Positions 11,906 through 26,540 are shown, numbered from the stretch's first letter. The stretch: 64,000 nt of DNA from the human T2T-CHM13v2.0 reference genome, Homo sapiens (GCA_009914755.4 CP068257.2:25760001-25824000); one strand, 5' to 3'. Translations and numbers: made by a program. The notes: generated from the sequence alone by a model not told the origin.

Positions 11906-14900
11906 ACCCATTCTGTTTAACTGGCCTTCTTATGGCTAAAGTGTTCATCCTCCTAGATTGGATGCTGTTAATTCCACAGAGTCCATTTGAGATAATGTGA
12001 TCCTGACACTGACATTAAAATTTTGCATGCCATTAGTCACAGTGATTGTTCTGGAGGACATGGTATCCAATACAATGCAATGAGACTCAATTGCGAGTTT
12101 TTAGAGAACAACTGGGAAAAGAGAGTTGTCCTTTCTGCTAAGGGATGCTGTAAATATAAGGTATATTTCTGGGTCATTTTGCAAGGACATTATCACCAGA
12201 ACTTGGAAGCCTGTAGGAAAAGAGAGAAAACAGAAAGGGTATCCAATGTAGAGTCAAGACATAGATAAAATTGAAGCTTGAAAGTTTTGGTTGACTCTCC
12301 CTCGGTACCAGCTATCTGGATAAATTCTACATTTTGCTTTTTGTTTTTGTTTCTTTTCTTAAGGTGGTTTGAGTTGAATTTTCTATTACATGTGACAATA
12401 AAAGGCTCAACATACATGTAACTCAACTTAGAAAACTTGGAATGACTTGTCCCAGTGATACTTCCTGGAAAATATGGCAATACTGTTCCAAGTCCAATTT
12501 ATGCCAAAGCCTGGGACCTCTAAATATGACCACAGTTCACAGTCATGCAGTGACAGTTCTCTCTACTATGTATTTATTTACATTATGGACTGGTCCTTAC
12601 ACAGTCTTTTCTTTTAAGTGTCAACTTATTGTACTGCTACCTATTTCTCTCAAGTTCTCTTAACATTTGTTTTGTATATTTAAGTGCTCCATGAATGGGT
12701 GCACATATATTTACAATTGTTATATGCTCTTGAGATGAGCTGACCCCTTTATCATTATATAATGACTTTCTTTGTCTCTTGTGACAGTTTCCACTAAAAG
12801 TCTATTTTGTTTCAAATAAGCATAGCAATTAGTGCTCCCTTTTAGTTAGCATGTGAATGGAATATTTTTCCTTTCCTTCGCTTTCAGCTTATGTACACCC
12901 TTAAAGATACAGTGAGTCTCTTGTATGGTACATATAGTTAGATACTGTCTTTTCATTCATTTTAGTCACTCGGTATCTTCTGGTTAGAAAATATAATCCA
13001 TTTACATTTAAATCAGTTATTTATTTCACTTACTATTGCCACTTTTTAAATTGTTTTCTGATTGCTTTTTAGTTTCTTTTCTTCTTTCCTCCTCTCTTGC
13101 TCTCCTTGTAATTTGAATTTTTTTTGTTGTTGTTTGCAGTGGTATGCTTTGATTCTTCTCTCTTTATCTTTCGCGTACCTACTACACATAATTTTTTCTT
13201 TGTGGTTACCTTGTTGCTTATGTAAAACTTTTTTTAGTTATAACAGTTTACTTTAAGCCAATAATAACTTTGGCTACATCTAAAAACTCTATATTTACCT
13301 TCTCTCACCACATTTTTTGTTATTAATATCACAATTTACATCTTTTTTATACTATGTATCCATTAACAAATTAGCATAAAGTTATTTTAATACTTTTGTC
13401 TTTTAACTTTTCTACTACAGTTAAAAGTGATTTTTACACCATCCTTGACACACTAGAATATTTTGAATTGGACTATATTCTTATCTTCACAGTGGGCTTT
13501 GTATTTTTACATATTCTCAAGTTGTTGGCTAACATCCTTTTATTTTAATTCGAGTAACTGCTTTTGTCATTTATTGTCAGGTAGTTGTGGTTGTAATGAA
13601 ATCCCTCAGATTTTGTTTTGCTGAGAAGATCTTTTATCTCTCCATTCCTAAAGGTCATATTTGCAGAGTATGGTGGACGGATTGGCAGATTTTCTTTTTC
13701 TTTCAGTACTTTGAATAGATAATCTCACTCTCTCCTGGTTTCCAAAGTTTCTGCTGGAAAATTTGCTTATAGTCCTTATGAGGGGTTCCTTTACATGTGA
13801 AGAGTCACTTTTTCTTTCTCTGAGGAGTCAAAAATACAGTATGCTTTTACGACACTGTATTTTCGACTTTTGATAATTTGATTATAGTATATCTGGTGAA
13901 GATCTCTTTATATTCTACCTAACTGAGGTTCTTCAGGCTTCATGTATCTGGATGTTCATTTTCCTCTCCAGATTTGTGAAATTTTCTGTCATTGTTACTT
14001 TAAATAAATTTTCAGTCATTTTCTTTTTCTCTGTTACTTCTAGAATCTTCGTAATATATATATATTGTTTGCTTGATGTTCAGCTGTAACTTCTGTTGTC
14101 TTTCTTCACTATTTTTCATTCTTTTATCTTTCTGTGCTGCTGAATGGCAAATCTCAAATGACCTGTTGAGCTCCCTGATTTTTTCTTCTGTTTGATCAAG
14201 TACAAATGCTTCTCAAATTACAGTAGTTTGACTTACAATTTTTTGACTTTACAATGGTGTAACACCATCACAATTTTGTTATACTTTAAATTTTGAACTT
14301 TGATCTTTTTCCAGGCTAGCAGTAAGCGGTACATGAGATGTTCGGCACTTTATTATAAAATAGGCTTTGTGTTAGATGAGTTTCCCCAGCATGGGCTAAT
14401 TTAAGTGTTCTGAACATAGTTAATATGGGCTAGACTAAACTGTGATTTTTGGTAGGCTAGGTGCATTAAATGCATCTTTTACTTACAATATTTTCAACTT
14501 ACGAGTATACTGAATGTAACATTGTAAGTTGAGGAACATTTGGATGCTCTTGAAGCTTTCTAAGGGTTTTTTCTGTTCAGTTATTATGTTCTTCAGTCCC
14601 AGAATTCCTGTTTTGTTCTTTTTTTATAGTTTCTATTTTTTTGTTAAACTTCTAACTTTGTTCATGTATTTTTTTTAATGATTTTATTTGGTTGTTTTCT
14701 TCTGTAGTTCACTGAGCTTCTTTAAGAGGATTATTTTGAATTATTTGTCAGGCAGTTCATACATCTCTATTTTTTAGGGCTAGTTACTAGTTCTTTTATT
14801 TTTTTCTCTTTTAGTTATGTCAGATTTCCCTGATTATTTGACTTTTTTTTTTGTCTTGCATTATGATCTATGTATTTGAAGAAGTAAGCACCTCTTCCAG

Positions 14901-15211
<311 letters not shown>

Positions 15212-15389
15212 TCATCTCTTCTAGTCTTTACAGACAGGCTTCAGCAAAGAGAGTCCTTCACCAAGCAGCCCATGTAGAGATTCTGAGCAGGATGTTTCTG
15301 GGATATCTGTGTACACTTGCCGCTGGAGTCCTTGAAACAGCTGGCCTGGTACCTCAATAAGCAGATGAGTAGCCCTGGCTTTGGGTCCA

Positions 15390-15760
15390 CTAGGTGCAGC
15401 CTGATGCCTGGGTCTGCAGGAGTAGGCAGACATGGAATTTGGGTTTGCGTAGATGGGCCTAGTGCCTCAGTGCACAGGGGTAAGCCTGAAGCTTGGGTCT
15501 ACAGGTATAAGCCTGGATCCTGGGTACATGGGGTCTAGTGTGTTGCTGGGGTCCACTGGGGTGGACCTAGTAACTGTGTTCATGGTTACAGGACTGGAGT
15601 CTAAGTCCATTGGGATGGGCCCAGAGCCCGAGTCTATGAAGGCAGGTATGGGGCCAACATCTACAGGGGCTGGCCTGAATCCTGAGGCTGCAGGAGCTAG
15701 CCTGGCACTGGGGTGGGTCTGAAAGCTGGCCCTGAAGGGGCATGGTGGCGAAGACCACAG
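15390..15760. repeat. Degenerate minisatellite-like tandem repeat (about 25-35 bp units beginning tggg..), probably part of the old L1 5-prime UTR
   Basis: Repeated units tgggtctacaggtataagcctggatcc / tgggtacatggggtctagtgtgttgc / tggggccaacatctacaggggctggcctgaatcc and so on. The overlapping ORFs 15453..15722 and 15467..15769 are repeat artefacts. Confidence 0.6.
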
Positions 15761-18586
15761 TAAAGTCATGTGTTAACTTCACTCTTCTTCCGCTCTGTGG
15801 AGGATATCACTGTTGGCACTGTGCTGTGCGAAACAGGCTTGGGGGAGAGGAGATGTGAGTAATGTGAAACTGTCCTTACTCCCATCTTCAATCCATCTTT
15901 CTTTATTTCTGTACTTTACCCAGGTGTTGTAATCTGTCATATGGATTCCTTAGCTCTTGGCAAAGTATTTTCATGCATGGATGGTTGTTTAAATTGATGT
16001 TTCTGTGAGGAGTGCTGGAAACTTCCTTTTCATTATCTTGCCGATGTTACTCCTTCAACATTATTTTTAACCACAGAAAGAACAGAAGCTAAAATATTAA
16101 TATTTCATTTACTATAGTGTATACATAGAAGATTATTATGTATTTGTTCTTATCAGAATTTGTTTACTTTTTAATGTGCTAAGGGATTATCAATGGGGGA
16201 ACAATTACTTTTACTAGGTTAGAGATTTATTTGTCATCAAATTAGTTGCCAAGATTTATGGTAATTTAAAATATGTCATAATTTTAAGGGGATAAATAGC
16301 ATGACCATATGCAGTAGTTTGGGGTTTGTTAGTAGGATGATGAAGCATTTGATGTAACTGGAAATAGATAGTTAAACATGAACTATAATAATGAAAACAT
16401 AATTTGCATGGGAGGTGCAAAAACCTGATGGCTACTACAAAAATCTAGCATAATGTTCTTACGTACTGACTGTGGAGCCCAGAGCCCCCTGGGCAACAGA
16501 TGTTGACTGTTTCATGATAAGAAAACATGCTATAAAGTATAAAATAAAGTGCTTGGCAATGAGATGGCTTATATTTGTATTTAACTGTGGTCCTAAGATA
16601 TTGTGAATGGTTGTTTTCCTAAACCTGGGATATTGTGATTATATTTCAAAATGTGTGGAGCTGATTTTAAGTATTATGAAATTTTTGCACTTAATAGTAA
16701 AATTAACAGCCACTAAAATTACTTTTCAAATGGAATTTGATAAAGAAACTTATTTACCCTTTTCTGTTTTCTCAACCTATATTAATGTTAAATGATAGAG
16801 CTCCTAGTTCTCTAGAATTACTCAATAGATCATGGTTATATTTGTAGTTTGCTTTGGGTGGGATTTTAGATTAGACTTTACTTGAAGTAGCAGTATGCCT
16901 TCTTTTAAGAAGCCATTAAACTTCATTCACTTTCTATATAAATATTTATAATTCAATGATTATTTGTTATTTTGGTTAATGTTGAAGGATAGTAATGGTA
17001 TTGGCATATTTCCCACTGAAACTAATACTATATATTTAAGTACTCGTCAAAGTAAAAGGCCTTCTTTTAATAACTGAGTGCATCTATTCATTTATTTTAT
17101 AATAATAGATTTCAAAAAGGGCCAGAAGTCCCAGCTCTATTTTACCAAGGATAGCCAAATGGATTTACCAATGGATATCCAAATTGGTTAAGTGGCTTGT
17201 CCAAGTTCAGCAAACATGCTGAAGTTCACTGCTTTTTAAGCTTCCCTAAAATGACCCAGCCCTCATAAATGCTTATAAAGCTTTAATCCAAAACATCTTT
17301 GGCATGTCTTCTAAGAAAGAGCTTTGAAAAAAATGTAAGTGTGCTGCAATAATGATGTACTCAGCTTTTTCTTTTCCCAGAAGTTTTAGTATATGACGGA
17401 AATGAGTTCTAATATCAGAATTATATTTTTATTTGAAAAGCTTTAGTTTGATTATTTGTATTTTACATAGTAAGCTATAATAATTCTCATGACTCACATG
17501 TATAAATATATAACATTCAAAATTGTCAAAGGCGGTAGTGAATGGGTCATTTAAGAAGTACAATAACATATGTATTCTATGAAAGACAAAACACTTATGG
17601 ATGAAATGAACAACAAAATCAAAGTTAAGTATCAAAAGAGAAAAGGAGTTAGAGAAATATTTTAATAGAAGTACCTTTTCAGTTTAATATTTCAAATGTA
17701 ATTTTAAAATAAAAAACTACAAAAATGTATATTTCAGAAAGTATATGGTAGTTTTCAAATCTTTTAAAAAGAAGCAATTGACAAACTGTGGGCCAGGTAA
17801 AACCTGGGTGTAAAAGGAAAGTTAGTTTGCTGCCCATAAGGAGATTAATAACTTTGTGGGGTAAAAGAGACATTGAGCAGCAGTGTATTAGAGTTCATAT
17901 TACAGAGGAACTGGAGATTTTGTAAGGTGTCCCATTTTTCTCTGTCACGGATAAGAATATTTTGATAATAGTGAAATTCTGATCACATCACAAGATGTAT
18001 TTCTGGTGTTGAAACAAGACAATTAACTGGCTTTGGAAAAGACTTGGATAGTTTTCAAACTACCCACGTATAATAACAGGAAAACTGCATAGACAAAGAA
18101 GTCGATGGGGAGAAAAAATAAACACAGTGTAAGCTTAGCACCAGAGATTGCAGGTCATGAGGATCTGTGTAGTGAGCCACACAGTAAAATAAATACAATC
18201 TAAACAAATAAAGCATAGTACATTCATTTAAATACTTTAAAATATTTAAAATAAATAAATGAAGCATAGTGTATTTGTTGGTTAGTGAGAAAAAGTAGCA
18301 GGAAAGGTGACTCTGAATAATATAGATATTAAGTTATGAAGTGTGAGGCCATCTCTAATATGTTAATAACATGAACACATACTAATCCATCATTGCCATG
18401 TTGAATGAACTTTCCAAAGGGTTCATTCCTTTACCTTTCTGTAGAGAGGTGGCTGTCAGTTTCCACTTTCTGAAGTTTTCAAATGTTCTTTCTCTCTTTC
18501 TCTTTCCCTCTTTCGATACAAAAGGAAGTATTGGAAGAAATGTCCTCAAAAATGTTTTGAGTTCACAGCAACTTTATCAAACACAA

Positions 18587-18612
18587 AAATAAATAAATAA
18601 ATAAATAAATAA
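18587..18612. repeat. (AAAT)6 microsatellite
   Basis: Direct reading. Confidence 0.9.
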
Positions 18613-19022
18613 CTGGAAATATTGTTATGAGGTCAATTTTCCATTTATCAAAATTTCCTTTCTTGACAAACACAATTCACTGGTCATTTTAAGTTTTAAG
18701 GAAAGTGCTGTATTTAATGGCTCATGCATATTTTCATTGCTTGAAGTAGTCCATAGTTTATTGATTGCATATTCTTTCTCTTCAGCAAAATGGCAGTACA
18801 TTGATGAAGAACATGGGATCCCGTGGGTTAACACCACACTAGATGTAACCTAACACTCTTAGATGCTCGATGTGTAGGCCAGAGCCTCCTAGTCTATAAT
18901 GTGAGTAGGACATATACTATACAGCATGAGATAAAGTTTAAACAAGTTAGTGTTCAACTGTAGGATCTCAGAGCAATCTAAAGCACTGAGGTTGCCTAGG
19001 GACAAACATTTTCATGAATTCT

Positions 19023-19843
<821 letters not shown>

Positions 19844-19866
19844 TTATTTTTATTTTTTATGTTTAA

Positions 19867-20210
<344 letters not shown>

Positions 20211-20781
20211 GAATTGTATATATTTATGCTGTACAACATGTACAATATATATCCAACATATATCTTGGGTATATATCTAGACACCATGGAATGGCAGAAT
20301 CAGGCTAATTATCATATTCCATTTCCTCACACACTTACCATTTTTGTGGTGACAGCACTTAAAATCTACCCTTTTGGCACATAGTACATTGCTGTTAAGT
20401 ATGATCACTGAGTCCTGAACTTATTGCTCCTAACTGAAATTTTAAAATTGATTTCTTTCTTATCTTCCTGTCTTTACTTGGAAGCCAACTATTGTTTTTC
20501 TTGGCTTTTAAATGATGGGTGGCATGCTAATCTGAGGTCCGTTTTGCAAGTTCTTGAGAACAGATTACCCAAGGAAACAACAACCATATTCCCTAGTGTC
20601 TTATGATGTAACCAGTGGAATGGTACCCATGGGAGGAGAGGGAAGAGGTAAAAACTTGGTTGTGGACCTCAGCTCATGCAATTTTGCTCTGTCGTGGGGA
20701 CCCTCTACTGTTCGGCTTTCCAGTGTTACTGTGTGTATTCTTTTATATGCTGAGGAAGTTGTAGGAAAGTAAGGAAAATAA

Positions 20782-21084
<303 letters not shown>

Positions 21085-23700
21085 TGTTCGTTTTTTACAT
21101 CAGCATATCTGTTACTCCCCACTAAGGATGAGGAACTTCGCACTGGAGCAAGATGATTAGGAGAAAAATGAATCTGCTTTGCCACCTAGTTTGGGGGGAA
21201 TTGATGGAGCACACACTTCTGAGGGACACATGATCTCTTTCTCAGCAGTAACTTGCTAATGCTGTACCAGCTTTCAGCTTGTCTGGAAATGGCAAGAGTG
21301 TTTTATGAGTGTCTTATGGACACAATGAATCAGCTTTACCTCAAAATAAAAGTTAAAAAAAAATACATTCTGGCTTACCCCATGATACAATGCTAAGTGC
21401 ATTCATAGGCACACACACGGAGTCTTTCTGTCTAAAAAACAGCACTGTGTTTACATCCTGCCACCTATCTCAGAGGGACTGACTAAGACTTGGAAAACTC
21501 TGATGATATCCTTTAATCTTTTCCTTAATATGGGAATATAGTGTTTAATCTTTGTACCTTTTTATATAAGTTTTCATCTGAAATGGTTTTTTTTCAAATG
21601 TATTTCTCTTAGGTTGGGTGCATGGTGGCACAATATCATGCCTTATTATTTAACGTTCACATCTCCCTCCCAATAATTTAAACCATCCAAATATTTGTTG
21701 ATAATTTTCGTATTCCCATTTCATGTTTGCACAGCCAAATAACACATGTAAAATTCCTTTAATCTCTCCATACAAAATAAATCCTCCACTGCTTTAATTA
21801 TTCCTAGTAGTGCTTTCTGAACTTTTACCAGCCTTGCTTGGCAGAATTATGGTGAGAAAGTTGAATCCAGGCTGTCAGTAGCAAAGTGTTTGCCATGCTA
21901 TTATCCTTGGCAACTGCAGGCCTCCTCCAGGCTACAAAACAGCTCAGTGCCTACCTCCTTTTCCCTGCTTTCTACTGGCCTACAAATTCCAGCTGTGGTC
22001 AGCTGGTGAGCTCTGAGCTACAGGGACGGCGTGGCGCATGTTTTGGGCTTGACTCAGGGATCATGTAATGTTGGGACAGTGAACTTTCCGATGGGAGCCA
22101 ATAACACCCATGATTGTTTTCACCTCCTGACCAGAATGTCTCAACTTAATTCAATCATCTGAACATCAATGAGGGTGACTGGAAAAAATTTTTTATCACA
22201 GCACTAAAATAAAAGCAATTCCAAGATGTTTTCTTTTCCATTGCACATTTTCAGAGCTTTGATTTTCCTGGTAAAATGCTCTTTGCATGTGCCATGTTCC
22301 CAGATTAGGAGAAGATGATACCCAAGGGAGAAGAGGTAAAAATGCACATAAATAATTTTACACCATGACACCGTGGTTAAGGCTTTCAAGGATGCTTTTA
22401 ATGATGCTATGTGCCATGGTTTTAAAAGTCACTATCAAGTTATTTATTTGTATATATTTTGTTTCCTCTTAAAAACTCTTTAAATAAATAAAAGAGGAGA
22501 AATTGTACAAATTTCTTCTTTTACTGTGTACCTACTCTTGCTTTGTGTTTATGAGTGAAGAGAGATGGGGAACATACAGAATATTAAGTGGTATATTTAA
22601 GATACTTGTTCATTTTAAGATTTAGGCTTGCAATTTAGGTGTGCCTAATTTGTCTGCTTTGGGAGCTCAAAGGTCAAGTTGCCACCGCAATTAAGCATCA
22701 ATATTCCTTAATTTGAAGTGTTAAAAAATATGTGTGTGTGAGCGTGTGCATATCTGTGTTCAACTGTCTGCCTTTATTAGTTTTCTAGTCCTGCTGTACA
22801 TAACACATCACTATAGACTTACCACCTTAAATACATAGGTCCAAAGTCTGACACTGATTTCATTACTGGCAACAGGTTCTTTGATATGAGGCAAAAAGAG
22901 TTTTCCCAGACAAGTCTTCACTGGAGCTTGTGCCAGGGCATAAGGGAGACAGCAAGAGAGAAAGAGAGAGAATTCCCTAATTCCACTAGAAGAGCTGTAG
23001 GGCTTTTTTGTTAGGCAAAGCATGGAAATTGACATGCAAGTTGGGCTGGACAAAGCACATAAAGGGTAGAGCACAGGCTAGCATTATCTGGTTGCAATGG
23101 TTGAGTAATGAACCATCTGGTGGTCTGGCCAGTGGCAACAAGGCTGCATTCCTTCCTGAGGTGGGACACTCTGCAACCTTGGTTATCTCCTAAGGCCAGT
23201 TCCTGGAATTCTTTAAGTAAAGACATGTTTAAATGGTGATGTAAGTGAGGTAATGGTGTGAGTTCTGTGATCAGTGAGAATGCATAAAAGACTCCGCTAG
23301 GTGACTTGAAACTGAGCTTCGTCTCCAATCTGCCTCGGTTTCTCTGGATTAAAATTGAGGTATCAGAAGAGTGGGGCTTCTTACCAGAGACAGTGGGAAA
23401 GGATGAAGCTATTGACAGAATTCAGTTTCTTGTGGTTGTAGGCATGAGGTTCCCATCTCCTTGTACTCTGTCAGCTGGGAACTGGTTGTATTTCCTAGAA
23501 TTCTCTTTCCAGTCCTTGTTTGTGGCCACCTCCTATCTAGAACCAGCAGAGGCATGTGGAAGTTGAATGGTTCTCATATTTGGAAGCTGTGTGACTTCCC
23601 CTTCTGCCTTCCTCTTTCACCACATCTCTCTGACACCAGGCAGGGAAAATTCCCTGCTTTGAAGGGCTCATGTGATCAGATTGTGTCTCTCCAGATAATT

Positions 23701-23721
23701 AAAAAAAAAAAAAAAAAAAAA
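23701..23721 (+). repeat. Poly(A)21 tract (tail of a 36-bp retro-insert, see findings)
   Basis: 21 consecutive A. Flanked by near-identical 17-19 bp direct repeats at 23646-23664 and 23717-23735. Confidence 0.7.
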
Positions 23722-23824
23722 TCCCTACTTTGAAGTCTGTAACCTAAAAATTACCCTATATTAAAGCCTGTGTCCTAACATTTTATCTGCAATCATTTTT
23801 TTGTTATTGTTGTTGTTCGTTGGT

Positions 23825-23978
23825 TTCTTTCTTTCCTCTTCCTTCCTTCCTTTCTTCCTTCCTTCCTTCTTTCTTCCTTCCTCCTTCCTTCCTTCCTCCT
23901 TCCTTCCTTCCCCCTCCCTCCCTTTCTTTCTTTCTTTCTTTCTTTCTTCCTTTCTTCTTTTCTTTTCTTTTTTTTTTT
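23825..23978. repeat. Pure polypyrimidine tract ((TTCC)n/(CTTT)n-like), about 154 bp
   Basis: No purines on the + strand across about 154 bp. ORFs 23801..23992 and 23820..24071 are artefacts (FLPS-rich). Confidence 0.9.
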
Positions 23979-25504
23979 GCCATGTACTATAAGCAGCTAT
24001 TTACAGGTTCTAGGGATTTGGTCATGGATTTTTCTGTGTGTGTGGCAGAAAGGGGGCACTATTTAGCCTAAGACTTTCCAGCATCCTCTTTCTCTCTCTC
24101 ACCCTCTTTCTCTGCAACATGGCCTCAAGAGCAAGAAAAAAGATAAGATGCCGAGTCAGAAAAACCTGACTTCAAAATTCTTTCCCCTACCAGCAGCTCA
24201 CTAATTACCCAGCTGGTAATTTGATAACAGGAATTTTCTTCATCCTTTCAAAGATTTGTTTCATTTCTTGTTGTCGTATTTACTTCATCAGGTAATTGTA
24301 AAATTGATGATATAGTCAGATGTCTGCATCTAGTGCTATGCCTGGCATACGGCATGGGAGGGTGCACTTTTAATCCAATTTTATTTCAGAGGAACCATTG
24401 TACATCCTGTTTCTTATCAAAAGTTGCTTCATGGCAGTTACCCCAGGTCACTGAGACCAAGCCAGGGCTGTCATTCTCAGAGGGGGAGATGGAAGGGAGT
24501 GATACAGGGGAGGGCCTAGCAGGCAAAGGAAGTTGGAAACTGTCCTCTGTAAGCCCAGCACGTGGGAAGCAGCTGGGTGCATTAATTTCACCTTTGTCAT
24601 CCCTGGCATTGAAAAACCACAACCAGCTTACACGGAAAGGATTCTCAAATGGAACTTTCTCAAATTTATGGTGAAAAACACTAGGAAACTGCTTTGAATT
24701 GAAGCATGGCGCTGATGGTTATCCAGTTCATCCTCTCTGCTAAAGCCATTTGACTCTCATGTGCTTAATAAGAGATCCTTGGAAACATTAAGTGCTATCC
24801 AAGAAGCAAAAATAAAGCAGAACAACCAAAACAAAATGAAAACAAAAAATAAGAGCAATAACCTGCATGGTAATAGGAGAAAATTTTATTTTTTATCTAT
24901 TTTCTTCAAATCTTGCTTATAGGTAAAAGAGAAAATTATTTGAGTAAATATAATGCATTCCCTAAAGAAACAAAAAAGATACTCAGAGGTCCTCTGAAAC
25001 CCAGCTCCCCATCTTCTTATTAGACTATGACTGAACATTTGCCCAATTGGACATATCACACCCTCTGGCTAGAATGTGGTATTTACATTGTTATAAATAA
25101 ATTGACATGTGTGTATAGCTCTGGTGGGGGGACCGTGGACAATAGAGCACATACTGTTCCTGAGTTCATCTCATGTTCCCTCAGTCAGTTTCAGTCAGAG
25201 ATGAATGTTCATTTAATCAGGAAATTTTATCTTGTCTTTAAAAGCCTTGGCAACTGTAAATGAGGGGAGATCTAAGATTAGTAATGTACTCTGACAAACT
25301 CTTCTTTTTAAAAATTATGTCAGATTTTCCAGAGCAGGATTTCAGTTTTCTTCTACAAAGTTTATTCTTAGCTTATACAAAATAGGCTTACTCTAAAACC
25401 CTAATCATGAAGTAGTACATTCAGATAATAGGGAAATTAAAATATATCAAAATGAAACAGCAGAAAGTAAACATGCCATCCTTATTTTATGTCACTGGAA
25501 AAAA

Positions 25505-25526
25505 GTGTGTGTGTGTGTGTGTGTGT
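25505..25526. repeat. (GT)11 microsatellite
   Basis: Direct reading. Confidence 0.9.
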
Positions 25527-26010
25527 TTAGCACTAGCATGTGGCATTACAGGACATTTAGGTTACCATTTAAAATTTCTCTAACAAATTATGGTAATAAC
25601 CATTTATTGAATCTAACAAAATGACTTCTTTTGAAACATGGTAGCCTGAGCTTAATTGTCTGTCATCATCTCTATCTAAACCCCTATAAAAAATTTCTGT
25701 CTCACAACTTTTTTTTTGTGAAATGCTTAAGTTCAATTATTTTTAATTTTGTTTGCTTTTTAATAAATATATTGAAGGTTAATTTTATTTTAATAACTAC
25801 CTTAGTCATATCACATACATTTTGAAAGGCAACGTATTCATTTCTAAATAATCTTTCCGTGATAATACTTATTTTTCAACTGCAAGTTTATTGGAAGAGT
25901 GTTATTTAAAAAGATTGTAGGGGTTGTAACTATCTGTTTACCCCTTCATTCATCGAGCTATCCATCAATGCAAGCATCAGTCTTCCAAATCAGTACTATT
26001 TATCTCTATC

Positions 26011-26284
26011 ATTTCTTGTGTATATTTTGTTGTTAATTCTATTTTGACTCTATTGTACTCAGAGAATATATATTTGTGCTACATGTAGCACAAAAAACAA
26101 TGAGTTGAACAACACAGTTTAGAAATGCTAAAGCAGAAATAAAGGTTTTTCAAGTTGTATCTCACAAATCTATAATAATAATGGAAGAAAATCCATAGCC
26201 CTTTTAGTATCAATAGTTGAACTTTATATTCTCTGAGTACAATAGAGTCAAAATAGAATTAACAACAAAATATACACAAGAAAT
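26011..26284. repeat. Perfect 60-bp inverted repeat (arms 26011-26070 and 26225-26284) with a 154-bp spacer. The spacer begins with a perfect 22-bp palindrome (26073-26094).
   Basis: Reverse complement of atttcttgtgtatattttgttgttaattctattttgactctattgtactcagagaatata equals tatattctctgagtacaatagagtcaaaatagaattaacaacaaaatatacacaagaaat, 60/60 identical. tttgtgctacatgtagcacaaa is self-complementary. Confidence 0.9.
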
Positions 26285-26540
26285 ATATATTCCCCCTAGC
26301 CTCAACTCCTCAGGCTCTGATAACCACGGTTTTGCTCTCTACTGCTGTGACACCAGCTTTTTTAGATTCCACAAATGCGTAAGATCATGTGGTACTTTTC
26401 TTTCTGTGCCTGGCTTATTTCACTTAATGTCATACAGGTTCATCTATGTTAATGCAAAAGACAAGATTTCATTCCATTTTATGGCTGAGTAGTATTCTTT
26501 GTGAATCTATATCTATACCACATTTTGAATGGAACTTGTA
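26225..26540 (-). mobile_element. Old L1 (L1PB/L1MA-like) 3-prime-UTR fragment
   Basis: Reverse complement of 26285-26370 reads ggaatctaaaaaagctggtgtcacagcagtagagagcaaaaccgtggttatcagagcctgaggag... (cf. old L1 3-prime end ggaatctaaaaaagtcgaactcatagaagcagagagtagaatggtggttaccagaggctgggg). Further in: ...ggcttatttcacttaatgtcatacaggttcatctatgtt...ttatggctgagtagtattc. Confidence 0.55.

Noticed and set aside
14220-14540. Segment with repeated gacttacaa / ttgtaagt motifs and a 9-bp stem hairpin (tcaacttac...gtaagttga), possibly a nested DNA-transposon remnant inside the old L1
   Set aside because: The terminal inverted repeats are too weak (about 10 bp, imperfect), no TSD is visible, and I cannot match it to a family from memory. 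It could equally be diverged L1 sequence. Left unannotated.
21900-22070. Locally GC/CpG-richer patch (gggacggcgtggcgcatg) with a 60-aa ORF
   Set aside because: Too short and isolated to be a CpG island. The ORF has no protein-like features. Probably part of an unclassified old repeat.
23801-24071. 63-aa and 83-aa ORFs rich in F/L/P/S
   Set aside because: Translation of the pure polypyrimidine tract. Not coding.
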